DNA from: an uncultured Oscillospiraceae bacterium
GTDB lineage: Bacteria; Bacillota; Clostridia; Oscillospirales; Acutalibacteraceae
NCBI GenBank assembly: GCA_900545655.1
Contig: UQZY01000002.1
Coordinates: 22,543-86,542 of the forward strand
Direction of reading: 5' to 3'
Length of the DNA stretch: 64,000 bases
Part shown: piece after piece, positions 35,450-43,733 of the stretch
Layout of the letters: every line of letters begins with the position of its first letter
Position numbering within the stretch: the first letter of the stretch is position 1
Made by a program: the position numbers and the translations under genes
Notes under the pieces: model-generated
What the model was told of the DNA's origin: nothing
Seen by the model: only the letters and a program-made list of their open reading frames with translations
The model's database searches: none

Positions 35450-37213
35450 ATGGGTTACAAACCGTACAAAGGCTTTGAGCCAAAGTGGATTAAAGAAGCT
35501 GCTCCGGCTGACAGCTACCGTTCCATCTTCCGTTGGGGAGATCCGAACCACTTCAAATTTCCGAAGGAGTCTCTTTACAACATGGTAAAGGACAGAATCG
35601 GAGTAGATGATGATTATTGCAAAGACTACAAACTTGACACAGGTCTCGAAAAAGTTGATTTTAAAGGCGAATATGCTCCGAAAATGGCTGCCGAGCACGT
35701 AGATTTTTTCAAGAGTGTCTACGGGGATGATTGGTCACAGTCTGACTATGACCGCCTTTCGGTTGCTTACGGACAGACTGCATATGACCTTTATCGTATG
35801 CGTGAACACAAGTTCGACAGTCTTCCTGATATTGTAGTTTATCCGAGTACATCAGAGCAGATTGAAAAGACAGTTGACTACTGCGCAAAGAATAAGATTC
35901 CTCTTTATGTTTACGGTGGCGGTTCATCGGTAACAAGAGGCGTTGAGCCTGTAAACGGCGGCGTTTCACTCGACATGAGACGCAAGTTCACCAAGGTTAT
36001 AGCCTTCAATGAAGTTGACCAGACAATCACTGTTCAGGCAGGTATGTCGGGTCCTGATCTTGAGAAGCATCTTAACAACGCTGTTGCAGAATTCGGCGCA
36101 AAGAGAGCTTACACATGCGGTCACTTCCCGCAGTCTTTTGAGTATTCATCAGTAGGCGGCTGGGTAGTAACCAGAGGTTCAGGTCAGAACTCAACATACT
36201 ATGGCTGCATCTCAGATATGGTTATCCAGCAGAAATATGCTACTCCGAGAGGAAGAGTTCTTACATCTCACTATCCTCGTGAGGCTACAGGTCCTAACCT
36301 TAATCAGATCATGATGGGCTCAGAGGGCACTTTCGGTGTTCTTACAGAAGTAACACTTAAGGTTTTCCGCTTTATGCCTGAAAACAGAATCCGTTTCTCA
36401 TTCATCTTTAAGACATGGGAATCAGCTATGGACTTTGCACGTGAGGCTCTTCAGTCAGAAGCAGGATTCTCATCTGTATTCCGTCTTTCAGACCCTGAAG
36501 AGACAAACATGATGCTTCGTCTTTACAACGTTGACGAAACTCCTCTTCATCCGCTTCTTGAAAAGCTCGGCTACAAGGATATGGAGCGTTGTCTCTTCCT
36601 CGGCTTCACTGACGGTGAAAAAGGTTATTGCAGAAACGTTGCAAAGAATATCTATAAAATTGCACTTCAGCACGGCGCTCTTCCTCTTACAGGTGCTGTA
36701 TGTAAGGGTTGGGAAAAAGGTAGATTTGATGACCCGTACATGAGAGACTCTCTCCATGATTTCGGTATAATCATCGACACAATGGAGTGTACGGTAAACT
36801 GGTCAAATATGGCTCAGGTTCACAGAGATGTACGTGCCGTATGTCATGCGCGTCCTGACACGGTTGTAACAACTCATATGTCACACTGCTATCCGCAGGG
36901 TGCAAATCTCTACTTTATCTTTGTTGCCAAAATTGACAACTCAGAAGACTTCAAAGCATATCATGCAACTATTCTTGACGCTATTCAGAAGTCAGGCGCT
37001 GCTCTTTCTCACCATCACGGTATCGGTAAGATGTTTGCTCCGTGGCTTGAGGGTGACCTCGGAAGAACTGAGTACGGTGTTATCAGAGCTCTTAAGGAGT
37101 ACTTTGATCCTGATTACACAATGAACCCGGGCGGAACAATAGGTCTTGACCTTCCTGAGGATAAGAAGAGATTCCTCCGTGAGGGCTACAGCGACATGGC
37201 TGACCTTAAATAA
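35450..37213 (+). CDS. FAD-linked oxidase (PCMH/VAO fold), alkyl-dihydroxyacetonephosphate-synthase-like
   Basis: FAD-binding block IVVYPSTSEQIEKTVDYCAKNKIPLYVYGGGSSVTRG. C-terminal HHH loop SHHHGIGKMFAPWL. 589 aa with an approx. 120-aa N-terminal extension, as in AGPS rather than GlcD-type lactate/glycolate oxidases. AAAGGAG RBS. Confidence 0.6.
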   Translation: MGYKPYKGFEPKWIKEAAPADSYRSIFRWGDPNHFKFPKESLYNMVKDRIGVDDDYCKDYKLDTGLEKVDFKGEYAPKMAAEHVDFFKSVYGDDWSQSDYDRLSVAYGQTAYDLYRMREHKFDSLPDIVVYPSTSEQIEKTVDYCAKNKIPLYVYGGGSSVTRGVEPVNGGVSLDMRRKFTKVIAFNEVDQTITVQAGMSGPDLEKHLNNAVAEFGAKRAYTCGHFPQSFEYSSVGGWVVTRGSGQNSTYYGCISDMVIQQKYATPRGRVLTSHYPREATGPNLNQIMMGSEGTFGVLTEVTLKVFRFMPENRIRFSFIFKTWESAMDFAREALQSEAGFSSVFRLSDPEETNMMLRLYNVDETPLHPLLEKLGYKDMERCLFLGFTDGEKGYCRNVAKNIYKIALQHGALPLTGAVCKGWEKGRFDDPYMRDSLHDFGIIIDTMECTVNWSNMAQVHRDVRAVCHARPDTVVTTHMSHCYPQGANLYFIFVAKIDNSEDFKAYHATILDAIQKSGAALSHHHGIGKMFAPWLEGDLGRTEYGVIRALKEYFDPDYTMNPGGTIGLDLPEDKKRFLREGYSDMADLK

Positions 37214-37249
37214 TTGTTAACCAGTCTTCATATATAAATCCTATCCAAA

Positions 37250-37290
37250 AAGGAAACGGGCACCGCAAGGTGTCCGTTTCCTTTTTGATA
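37250..37290 (+). terminator. terminator
   Basis: aaaggaaacgggcacc-gcaa-ggtgtccgtttccttttt. Confidence 0.7.
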
Positions 37291-37351
37291 TCAACTGTCG
37301 GATTTCAGAAAAAATGCTTCTTTGTTAATAGTTTTTATCCGTTAAGTAAGT

Positions 37352-38002
37352 GTGCAAAATAAGAATGAACGGCACGAAAGTTCGGATTTCTTGTGTCAAA
37401 AATTTTATACATTGCGACACAAAACATGTCCTATTTTACCTTATGAGAGTTATCCGCATATCATAGTAGATGATACCGTAGACAAGTTGGAGCGAGAGGG
37501 CACGGAATATTGTCTTTGCGAGAAAAATGTGCTAGGATACTATAGAGGAAACAAGGAAAAATATGACCTCATAGACATAATAATCATAGGGCTCGGAGGC
37601 TTTGAGAAAAAGGATGATGAAACCATCATAGGCTTTCTTGACAACATACTGGACCGAGACCTTGAGCCGCTGATGAGAAGAAAAATACTTAAAGAGAAAT
37701 TTGACATAACAACAGATGAAGACTTTATGGAGGTGTTTGATGACATGTGTAACTTAAGCGACGGTGTATATCTTGACGGAGTGGAAAAAGGTATTATGCA
37801 GGGCAAGGCAGAAGGACTCTTGCAAGGTGAAGCTCGTGGCATTGAAAAAGGAATCATGCAGGGCAAAGCAGAGGGTATCATACAAAATAAAATTGATATG
37901 CTCAGACAGTTTATGTCCAACAATCATACGTTTGAAGAATTTATACAGTTATTCAACATAACCGACAAAAACGAAATAAAGTTTTTGAAGGAAAATCTGT
38001 AA
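37352..38002 (+). CDS. Rpn/YhgA-family (PD-(D/E)XK putative transposase) C-terminal-half remnant (DUF4351-like); probably a gene fragment
   Basis: C-terminal EDFMEVFDDMCNLSDGVYLDGVEKGIMQGKAEGLLQGEARGIEKGIMQGKAEGIIQNKIDMLRQFM matches the G-rich (E/K)G(I/L)xQG repeats and trailing helix of Rpn proteins. The N-terminal nuclease core is absent. No ATG or RBS; the ORF starts at a GTG inside AT-rich DNA. Confidence 0.35.
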   Translation: MQNKNERHESSDFLCQKFYTLRHKTCPILPYESYPHIIVDDTVDKLEREGTEYCLCEKNVLGYYRGNKEKYDLIDIIIIGLGGFEKKDDETIIGFLDNILDRDLEPLMRRKILKEKFDITTDEDFMEVFDDMCNLSDGVYLDGVEKGIMQGKAEGLLQGEARGIEKGIMQGKAEGIIQNKIDMLRQFMSNNHTFEEFIQLFNITDKNEIKFLKENL

Positions 38003-38032
38003 AAATTTGATATAACAATAGAGGATAAACAA

Positions 38033-38062
38033 AAAAGCAGTCCGGTTGGACTGCTTTTCTTT
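38033..38062. terminator. bidirectional terminator shared by 37352 ORF and tRNA-Leu
   Basis: aaaagcagtcc-ggtt-ggactgctttt palindrome with T-runs on both strands. Confidence 0.7.
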
Positions 38063-38147
38063 TGGTGCACCTGACAGGAATCGAACCTGCACCTCTTGCG
38101 AGACTAGATCCTAAGTCTAGCGCGTCTGCCAGTTCCGCCACAGGTGC
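38063..38147 (-). tRNA. tRNA-Leu (anticodon UAG), class II with long variable arm, encoded CCA
   Basis: Reverse complement reads GCACCTGTGGCGGAACTGGCAGACGCGCTAGACTTAGGATCTAGTCTCGCAAGAGGTGCAGGTTCGATTCCTGTCAGGTGCACCA. 7-bp acceptor stem. Anticodon loop CTTAGGA gives TAG with G37. T-loop GGTTCGATTCC. Confidence 0.9.
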
Positions 38148-38178
38148 ATGTGAAGTTTTTGTGCAATGCGCAAAAAGT

Positions 38179-38207
38179 ATTATACATAATCACATGCACC
38201 TTTTCAA
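38179..38207 (-). promoter_or_regulatory. promoter for tRNA-Leu
   Basis: On the minus strand TTGAAA-17 nt-TATAAT, ending approx. 31 nt before the mature 5' end. Confidence 0.5.
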
Positions 38208-38320
38208 GACTATGGATAAATATTATTGAGTTGAATAATTTGCGGAACCGGCGTACAATAAAAGTACGATTAATGGGACAACATGTCTCGCAGGGGACTT
38301 AATGCATGGGGGTGCAGCGT

Positions 38321-39319
38321 ATGTCCGGAAATAACAATTCAAAATTAAAATTACTTCGTATTTATGACATCCTTTGTGAAAAGAGTGATGAGGAGCATCC
38401 TCTTTCCGCATCGGATATCAGTGCCGAGCTCAGCTTGTTCGGTATCAATTCGGAACGAAAATCGGTATACAGTGATATTTCTGTGCTTCAGTCATACGGA
38501 TACGACATCATAAAAGTGTCGCAACCGAAAAAAGGCTTTTATGTAGGTGACAGAGATTTTCAGATTGCCGAAGTGCGTCTGCTTATAGACGCTGTTCAGT
38601 CGGCTAAGTTTATAACCGAGCACAAGACCGAGGAGCTTATTTCAAAGATAGAAAAAAGGCTCAGTAGGTATCAGCGTGAAATGCTTTCAAAACAGGTATA
38701 TGTAGACCACAGAAATAAGAACGGCAATGAAAAAATCTATTACACGATAGACTCTCTTTCACAGGCTATAACCGAAAAGAAAAAGGTGCGTATACACTAT
38801 ATCAAGAGGCGCATTGAGACGGGTGAGAGACCGAAAAACGAGGAGCATGTATACATCGTCACGCCGTACGCCCTTATTTGGTCAAACGACTATTACTATC
38901 TTGTGTGTAACAACAATAAATATGACAATCTCATGCATCTTCGCATTGACAAAATCATTTCAACAAAGGTTTTATCCGATGACGGACGCCCGATTTCAGA
39001 GGTAAGCAAGTATAAAAACGCTTTTGACGCAGCCGACTATGCCTCAAAGGTATTCAATATGTATTCGGGAAGCCCGGAAAGGATAAGCCTTATATGTGCA
39101 AATTCACTTTGGGACACGGTACGTGACAGATTCGGTGAGGATGTCATGGTTATTGAACGTACAAATGAAACCTTTACCATAGCGACAACAGCTGCTCTCA
39201 GCGAGGGACTTACGGCATGGATTTTACAGTATGCCGACAGGATGAAGGTGGAATCACCGAGGTCGCTTAAGGATGAGGTTCTTGAAAAGGCAAGAGCTAC
39301 GGTGGCGGCGTATGAATAA
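38321..39319 (+). CDS. WYL-domain transcriptional regulator (HTH-WYL-WCX architecture)
   Basis: N-terminal wHTH KLKLLRIYDILCEKSDEEHPLSASDISAELS. Central WYL-like region YIVTPYALIWSNDYYYLVC. C-terminal extension. GGGGGTG RBS before ATG 38321. Confidence 0.7.
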   Translation: MSGNNNSKLKLLRIYDILCEKSDEEHPLSASDISAELSLFGINSERKSVYSDISVLQSYGYDIIKVSQPKKGFYVGDRDFQIAEVRLLIDAVQSAKFITEHKTEELISKIEKRLSRYQREMLSKQVYVDHRNKNGNEKIYYTIDSLSQAITEKKKVRIHYIKRRIETGERPKNEEHVYIVTPYALIWSNDYYYLVCNNNKYDNLMHLRIDKIISTKVLSDDGRPISEVSKYKNAFDAADYASKVFNMYSGSPERISLICANSLWDTVRDRFGEDVMVIERTNETFTIATTAALSEGLTAWILQYADRMKVESPRSLKDEVLEKARATVAAYE

Positions 39320-39950
39320 GGTCAACTACGGTAAGGAACTTGAAAAAAAGCTGTCGCTTATACAGAGGGAGATTGATTCCCATGGGCTCAGTGTAAGGCC
39401 GACTTTATTGCTTCACAGTTGCTGCGGACCGTGCTCTTCATATGTTCTTGAGTACCTTGAGCCGTATTTCAAGATAACGGTATTTTATTTCAATCCTTGT
39501 ATTTTTCCTCGGAGTGAGTATCTGCACCGTAAAGAAGTTCAAAAAGAGCTGATAAGTCAGATGAATGGGAACGGGTCGGAGATAAGCTTCCTGGATGCTG
39601 ATTATGACCATGATTCATTCCTTGATTTGGTGAAGGGCCATGAAAACGATCCCGAGTGCGGAGAACGCTGCCATATCTGTTACAGACAAAGGCTTTCGCA
39701 GACAGCGGTATATGCAAAGGAAGGCAAATACGATTATTTTACAACTACACTTACGGTGAGTCCTTACAAGGATGCTGAGATTTTAAACAAGCTCGGAGCG
39801 GAGCTTTCACGCGATTATGAAATCCCTTATCTCTTGTCCGATTTCAAGAAAAAAGAGGGTTATAAGAGATCCATAGAGCTTAGTAAAGCATACAACCTTT
39901 ACAGACAGGACTATTGTGGCTGTGAGTTCTCTTTGCGAGACTGCGGATAA
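39312..39950 (+). CDS. queH: epoxyqueuosine reductase QueH (DUF208)
   Basis: LLLHSCCGPCSSYVLEYLEPYFKITVFYFNPCIFP...CGCEFS, the characteristic QueH Cys motifs. ATG overlaps the WYL stop. Confidence 0.85.
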   Translation: MNKVNYGKELEKKLSLIQREIDSHGLSVRPTLLLHSCCGPCSSYVLEYLEPYFKITVFYFNPCIFPRSEYLHRKEVQKELISQMNGNGSEISFLDADYDHDSFLDLVKGHENDPECGERCHICYRQRLSQTAVYAKEGKYDYFTTTLTVSPYKDAEILNKLGAELSRDYEIPYLLSDFKKKEGYKRSIELSKAYNLYRQDYCGCEFSLRDCG

Positions 39951-40010
39951 ATTGACTTATCTGCGCCGTTGAAGTATAATTTACTCCGACTGGAGGGATA
40001 TATTTTCTCT

Positions 40011-41363
40011 ATGATAAAGAAAAGAAACAATGAAGAGTTCAAGAAAATGATCATGTTTTTCATGTCAATTATCATTCTTGTTGCTCTTACCGCTATATTT
40101 GCATTTACATGGTTTGACATAAATAAAACCATGGAAGTAATGCCTTTCGACACCAAGGGTCACTATCTTATTATTTTACTGTATTTCTCTATGCAGTACC
40201 TCTTTTCAAGGATTTACGGTGCATTGCAGATAGGCTACTACAAGATGTCTGACATCCTTTATTCGCAGGCACTTACAACAATTATCGTGGATATCCTTAT
40301 GTATGCGGTAATGAGCCTTGTTGCGCGTGAACTTATTTCGCCGGCGCCTGTTGTGATTATGCTATGTATGCAAGTCGTTGTTATCGCGGTGTGGTCTTTT
40401 ATAAGCACACATCTTTACAAAAAGCTTTATCCGCCGTATAGACTTGTAGTTATTTACAGCAACCATTCCGCAACTAACCTTGTGCGTAAAATGGCAGTAC
40501 GTGACGACCAGTTTCAAATCTGTGAGGCAGTAAGGCTTGAAGAGGGCTTTGACAGAATAAAAGAACGGATTGACTGCTATGACGGTGCTATCATATGCGA
40601 CATACCGGGCTCTGACAGGAATGATCTTCTTAAGTACTGCTTTGATAACAATAAACGTACCTACGTAACTCCTAAGATTTCGGATATACTTATCCGTGCC
40701 GGAGAAAATATTCATCTTTTTGATACACCGTTGCTCCTTTGCAAAAACAGCGGACTTACCTTTGAAGAGAGATTTTTCAAGAGAATTCTCGACATCCTTG
40801 TTGCAACGCTGGGGCTTATTGTGATGAGTCCGTTTATGCTTATAACGGCGCTTGCCATTAAAATTCAGGACGGCGGTCCGGTTTTCTTTAAACAGGACAG
40901 AGTTACAAAGGATGGAAAGGTTTTCAAGATAATCAAATTCCGCAGTATGAAGGTTGATGCCGACGCCGACAGAGGCGGGGAGGCTCATTCCGCCACGGTT
41001 GATGATGACAGAATCACACCGGTAGGAAGGGTAATCCGCGCCTGCAGGATGGACGAGTTCCCGCAGATATTCAATATCCTTAAGGGAGATATGTCAGTTG
41101 TGGGACCGAGACCAGAGTGCGTTGAAAATGTTGAAAGGTACCTACAGGAAGTACCTGAATTTGCATACAGGCACAAGGTTAAGGCCGGTCTTACCGGTTA
41201 TGCACAGATTTACGGCAAGTACAACACAACTGCGTATGATAAGCTCAAGCTGGATTTATTTTACATCGAAAACTATTCCATAAGAACAGATCTTCGACTT
41301 ATTTTTATGACCGTAAAGGTGCTCTTTATGAAGGAGAGTACCGAGGGCTTTGATGAAACCTAA
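40011..41363 (+). CDS. polyprenyl-phosphate sugar phosphotransferase (bacterial sugar transferase, WbaP/CpsE-like)
   Basis: 4-5 N-terminal TM helices plus the C-terminal catalytic domain PVFFKQDRVTKDGKVFKIIKFRSM...DEFPQIFNILKGDMSVVGPRPE. TATAAT at 39976 with GGAGGGA RBS before ATG 40011. Confidence 0.85.
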   Translation: MIKKRNNEEFKKMIMFFMSIIILVALTAIFAFTWFDINKTMEVMPFDTKGHYLIILLYFSMQYLFSRIYGALQIGYYKMSDILYSQALTTIIVDILMYAVMSLVARELISPAPVVIMLCMQVVVIAVWSFISTHLYKKLYPPYRLVVIYSNHSATNLVRKMAVRDDQFQICEAVRLEEGFDRIKERIDCYDGAIICDIPGSDRNDLLKYCFDNNKRTYVTPKISDILIRAGENIHLFDTPLLLCKNSGLTFEERFFKRILDILVATLGLIVMSPFMLITALAIKIQDGGPVFFKQDRVTKDGKVFKIIKFRSMKVDADADRGGEAHSATVDDDRITPVGRVIRACRMDEFPQIFNILKGDMSVVGPRPECVENVERYLQEVPEFAYRHKVKAGLTGYAQIYGKYNTTAYDKLKLDLFYIENYSIRTDLRLIFMTVKVLFMKESTEGFDET

Positions 41364-41739
41364 AAATAAATATGTCAGATAAATACAAATTGCTCTGTCG
41401 GGTAGGCGGGGTAATTTGTTATTTTTTTAACACATGATTGTATTATTTGGGACATTTTTTCTTGTTGATAATTTACAATGAAAATCAAACAAAAGTATTA
41501 AAAACACAGAAAAATAATTATCGGACGCCTTGCAGCGGACTTATTTGTTGACATCGTTGAATTTAATAGTTTAAAGTGAAAGAGGAATTATATCGGATTA
41601 ATCGGAATATTTTTAACTGACAGAACATTTTAACTGCCTGTTTTTGTTTGCCTGCGGGCGACTGTTTTTTTGCGTCATTTTTTTAAAAGAATTTCGGAAA
41701 ATTTGTTAAGAAAGGACAAGATACGAAGGTAAAAGAGAA

Positions 41740-42423
41740 TTGAAAAGCATAAATTTATTTGAAGGTTTAACGGAAAGAGAGATAAAGAAGATATGCTCCG
41801 ATAAGGAGTGCAGAAAAACTGCATATTCAGAGGGAGATATCATCTTTTCAAAGGAAAAATTTGAAAGGGCAATCGGAATAATCCTTGAGGGCAGGGCGTC
41901 TGTTTATACGCCTGACGGGAGTGTCATGATAAGGAGACTTAAAAAGCACGATTGCTTTGGGATTGCTACGCTTTTTAACGATGAGAACAGATATATCTCA
42001 AAAATAGTTGCAATAGATTATTGCAAGGTTTTTTTTATTCCTGAGCGTGTTGTAATTGACTTTGTTGAGGAGTATCCGAGGTTTGCCATTAATTGTATCG
42101 CTCTTCAGAGCAAAAAAACCAGATATCTCAACATTCTTATTGACATATACTCATCCTCGAGTGTGACGATGAAACTTTCAAAATATCTGTTGGAGGGAGA
42201 AGCAAATGCAGGTTTTTTGCAGGAGTTTTCACCGACAAGGCTTTCAAACATACTCAGTATAGGCAGAGCCTCTCTTTACAGGGCTCTTGAAGAGTTTGAA
42301 AATACAGGTGCAATAAAAACGGAAGGAAAGAAAATAATTGTATCTGATATGGAAATTTTAAAAAAATTTGCAAATGGCAGTATGAAAGGAGATAACCATG
42401 AAGAAGAAACTAACAACAGTTAA
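41740..42423 (+). CDS. Crp/Fnr-family transcriptional regulator (cNMP-binding + C-terminal HTH)
   Basis: TTG start. cNMP-like beta-roll GDIIFSKEKFERAIGIILEGRASVY. C-terminal HTH LSNILSIGRASLYRALEEFENTGAI. The 3' end overlaps hydC by 26 nt. Confidence 0.7.
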   Translation: MKSINLFEGLTEREIKKICSDKECRKTAYSEGDIIFSKEKFERAIGIILEGRASVYTPDGSVMIRRLKKHDCFGIATLFNDENRYISKIVAIDYCKVFFIPERVVIDFVEEYPRFAINCIALQSKKTRYLNILIDIYSSSSVTMKLSKYLLEGEANAGFLQEFSPTRLSNILSIGRASLYRALEEFENTGAIKTEGKKIIVSDMEILKKFANGSMKGDNHEEETNNS

Positions 42424-42895
42424 GTTCACGGCCTCGCCGGAAAAAGCAGCTATGCTGGATGAGGCTATTGAGCGATTCAGGGGACAGGGCGGCTGTCTTA
42501 TGCCCATCATGCAGGAAGCACAGGAAATTTACGGATATCTTCCTGTTGAGGTTCAGACGCATATAGCCGAGAAACTTGAAATTTCCGCCGAAGAGGTTTA
42601 CGGAGTAGCTACATTTTATTCCATGTTCAACCTCTCTCCGAAGGGAAAATACTCAATAAGCGTGTGTCTCGGAACAGCGTGCTACGTAAAAGGCTCACAG
42701 GATGTTCTTGACAGACTTTGCAGTGAACTCGGAATAGGTCCGGGAGATTGCACGGAGGACGGAAAATTTTCAATTGAGGCCTGCCGCTGTGTAGGTGCCT
42801 GCGGCCTTGCCCCAGTAATGATGATAAATGATGATGTTTATGGTCGTCTTACTCCGGACATGATTCCGGGTATTCTTGAAAAGTACAAGGACTGA
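42398..42895 (+). CDS. hydC: [FeFe]-hydrogenase gamma subunit / NuoE-like thioredoxin-fold [2Fe-2S] protein (HydC/HndA)
   Basis: CLGTACYVKGSQ...CRCVGACGLAPV NuoE-type Cys4 motif. GGAGA RBS. Confidence 0.85.
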   Translation: MKKKLTTVKFTASPEKAAMLDEAIERFRGQGGCLMPIMQEAQEIYGYLPVEVQTHIAEKLEISAEEVYGVATFYSMFNLSPKGKYSISVCLGTACYVKGSQDVLDRLCSELGIGPGDCTEDGKFSIEACRCVGACGLAPVMMINDDVYGRLTPDMIPGILEKYKD

Positions 42896-42934
42896 TCGAA
42901 GCTCATCTATTGATAAAGGTTTGAAGGAATCGGA

Positions 42935-43294
42935 ATGAAGATTGTAACTATTAAAGAACTGTTGGGCGCAGAGGTTTTATGTAACGAAGATAAGCTGGAT
43001 TGTCAGGTGTACTCCGCTTGCGGCAGCGACATGATGAGCAATGTGCTGGCATATGTGGAGGAGGAAGCAATCCTTCTGACCGGGCTTATCAATTCTCAGG
43101 TTATTAGAACTGCGGAAATGATGGATATGGTTTGCGTGGTATTCGTAAGAGGAAAAATACCGACCCCGGAAATGGTTGAGCTTGCGAGGGACTCCGGAAT
43201 AGTCCTCCTGATTACTGATAAAACCATGTTTGAGACCTGCGGTATTCTGTATGAAAACGGTTTACGAGGAAGGGTGACAACCGAGCATGAGTGA
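42935..43294 (+). CDS. DRTGG-domain protein
   Basis: 119 aa with DMMSNVLAYVEEEAILLTGLINSQVIRTAEMMDMVCVVFVRGKIPTPEMVELARDSGIVLLITDKTMFE, the DRTGG-domain pattern seen in hydrogenase loci. Confidence 0.65.
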   Translation: MKIVTIKELLGAEVLCNEDKLDCQVYSACGSDMMSNVLAYVEEEAILLTGLINSQVIRTAEMMDMVCVVFVRGKIPTPEMVELARDSGIVLLITDKTMFETCGILYENGLRGRVTTEHE

Positions 43295-43712
43295 ACCCTT
43301 AAAGTTTCATTATGACGTTGACGGTGAGGATTTTACCTCGGCGGGTCTGGCGTCGGTTCAGGTGAAAAAAACCTTATCTCAATTGGGACTCAACTCAGAT
43401 GTCATAAGACGTATTTCAATCGCGATGTATGAAGGGGAAATAAATATGGTCATACACGCGGGCGGAGGAGTCGCAGACGTAGATATCTTTGAGGATCATA
43501 TAGCTATAGCGCTTATTGATCACGGTCCCGGTATAAAGGATATAGGTCTTGCCATGCAGGAAGGGTATTCGACAGCGCCTGAAAGCATACGTTCACTGGG
43601 CTTCGGTGCCGGTATGGGTCTTCCAAATATGAAACGTTACACGGATAAAATGGAAATAACTTCTGTTGTGGGTGTAGGTACAACGATAAATATGGAAGTT
43701 TGGTTTAAGTAA
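43287..43712 (+). CDS. GHKL/HATPase_c protein, anti-sigma-factor-like serine kinase (RsbW/SpoIIAB-like)
   Basis: 141 aa with N-box and G-box segments IAMYEGEINMVIHAGGG...HGPGIKD...GFGAGMGLP. Confidence 0.65.
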   Translation: MSEPLKFHYDVDGEDFTSAGLASVQVKKTLSQLGLNSDVIRRISIAMYEGEINMVIHAGGGVADVDIFEDHIAIALIDHGPGIKDIGLAMQEGYSTAPESIRSLGFGAGMGLPNMKRYTDKMEITSVVGVGTTINMEVWFK

Positions 43713-43733
43713 TTTCAGAAAGCAACCTTAAGG

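Noticed and set aside
37352-37560. N-terminal 70 aa of the 37352 ORF as genuine coding sequence
   Set aside because: GTG start without SD in AT-rich DNA directly after a terminator. No PD-(D/E)XK motifs. Only the distal part resembles Rpn proteins, so it is treated as a remnant.
38063-38320. Integrated prophage or ICE at tRNA-Leu
   Set aside because: No integrase, no recombinase and no direct repeat of the tRNA 3' end found within the window. Only a transposase remnant is present.
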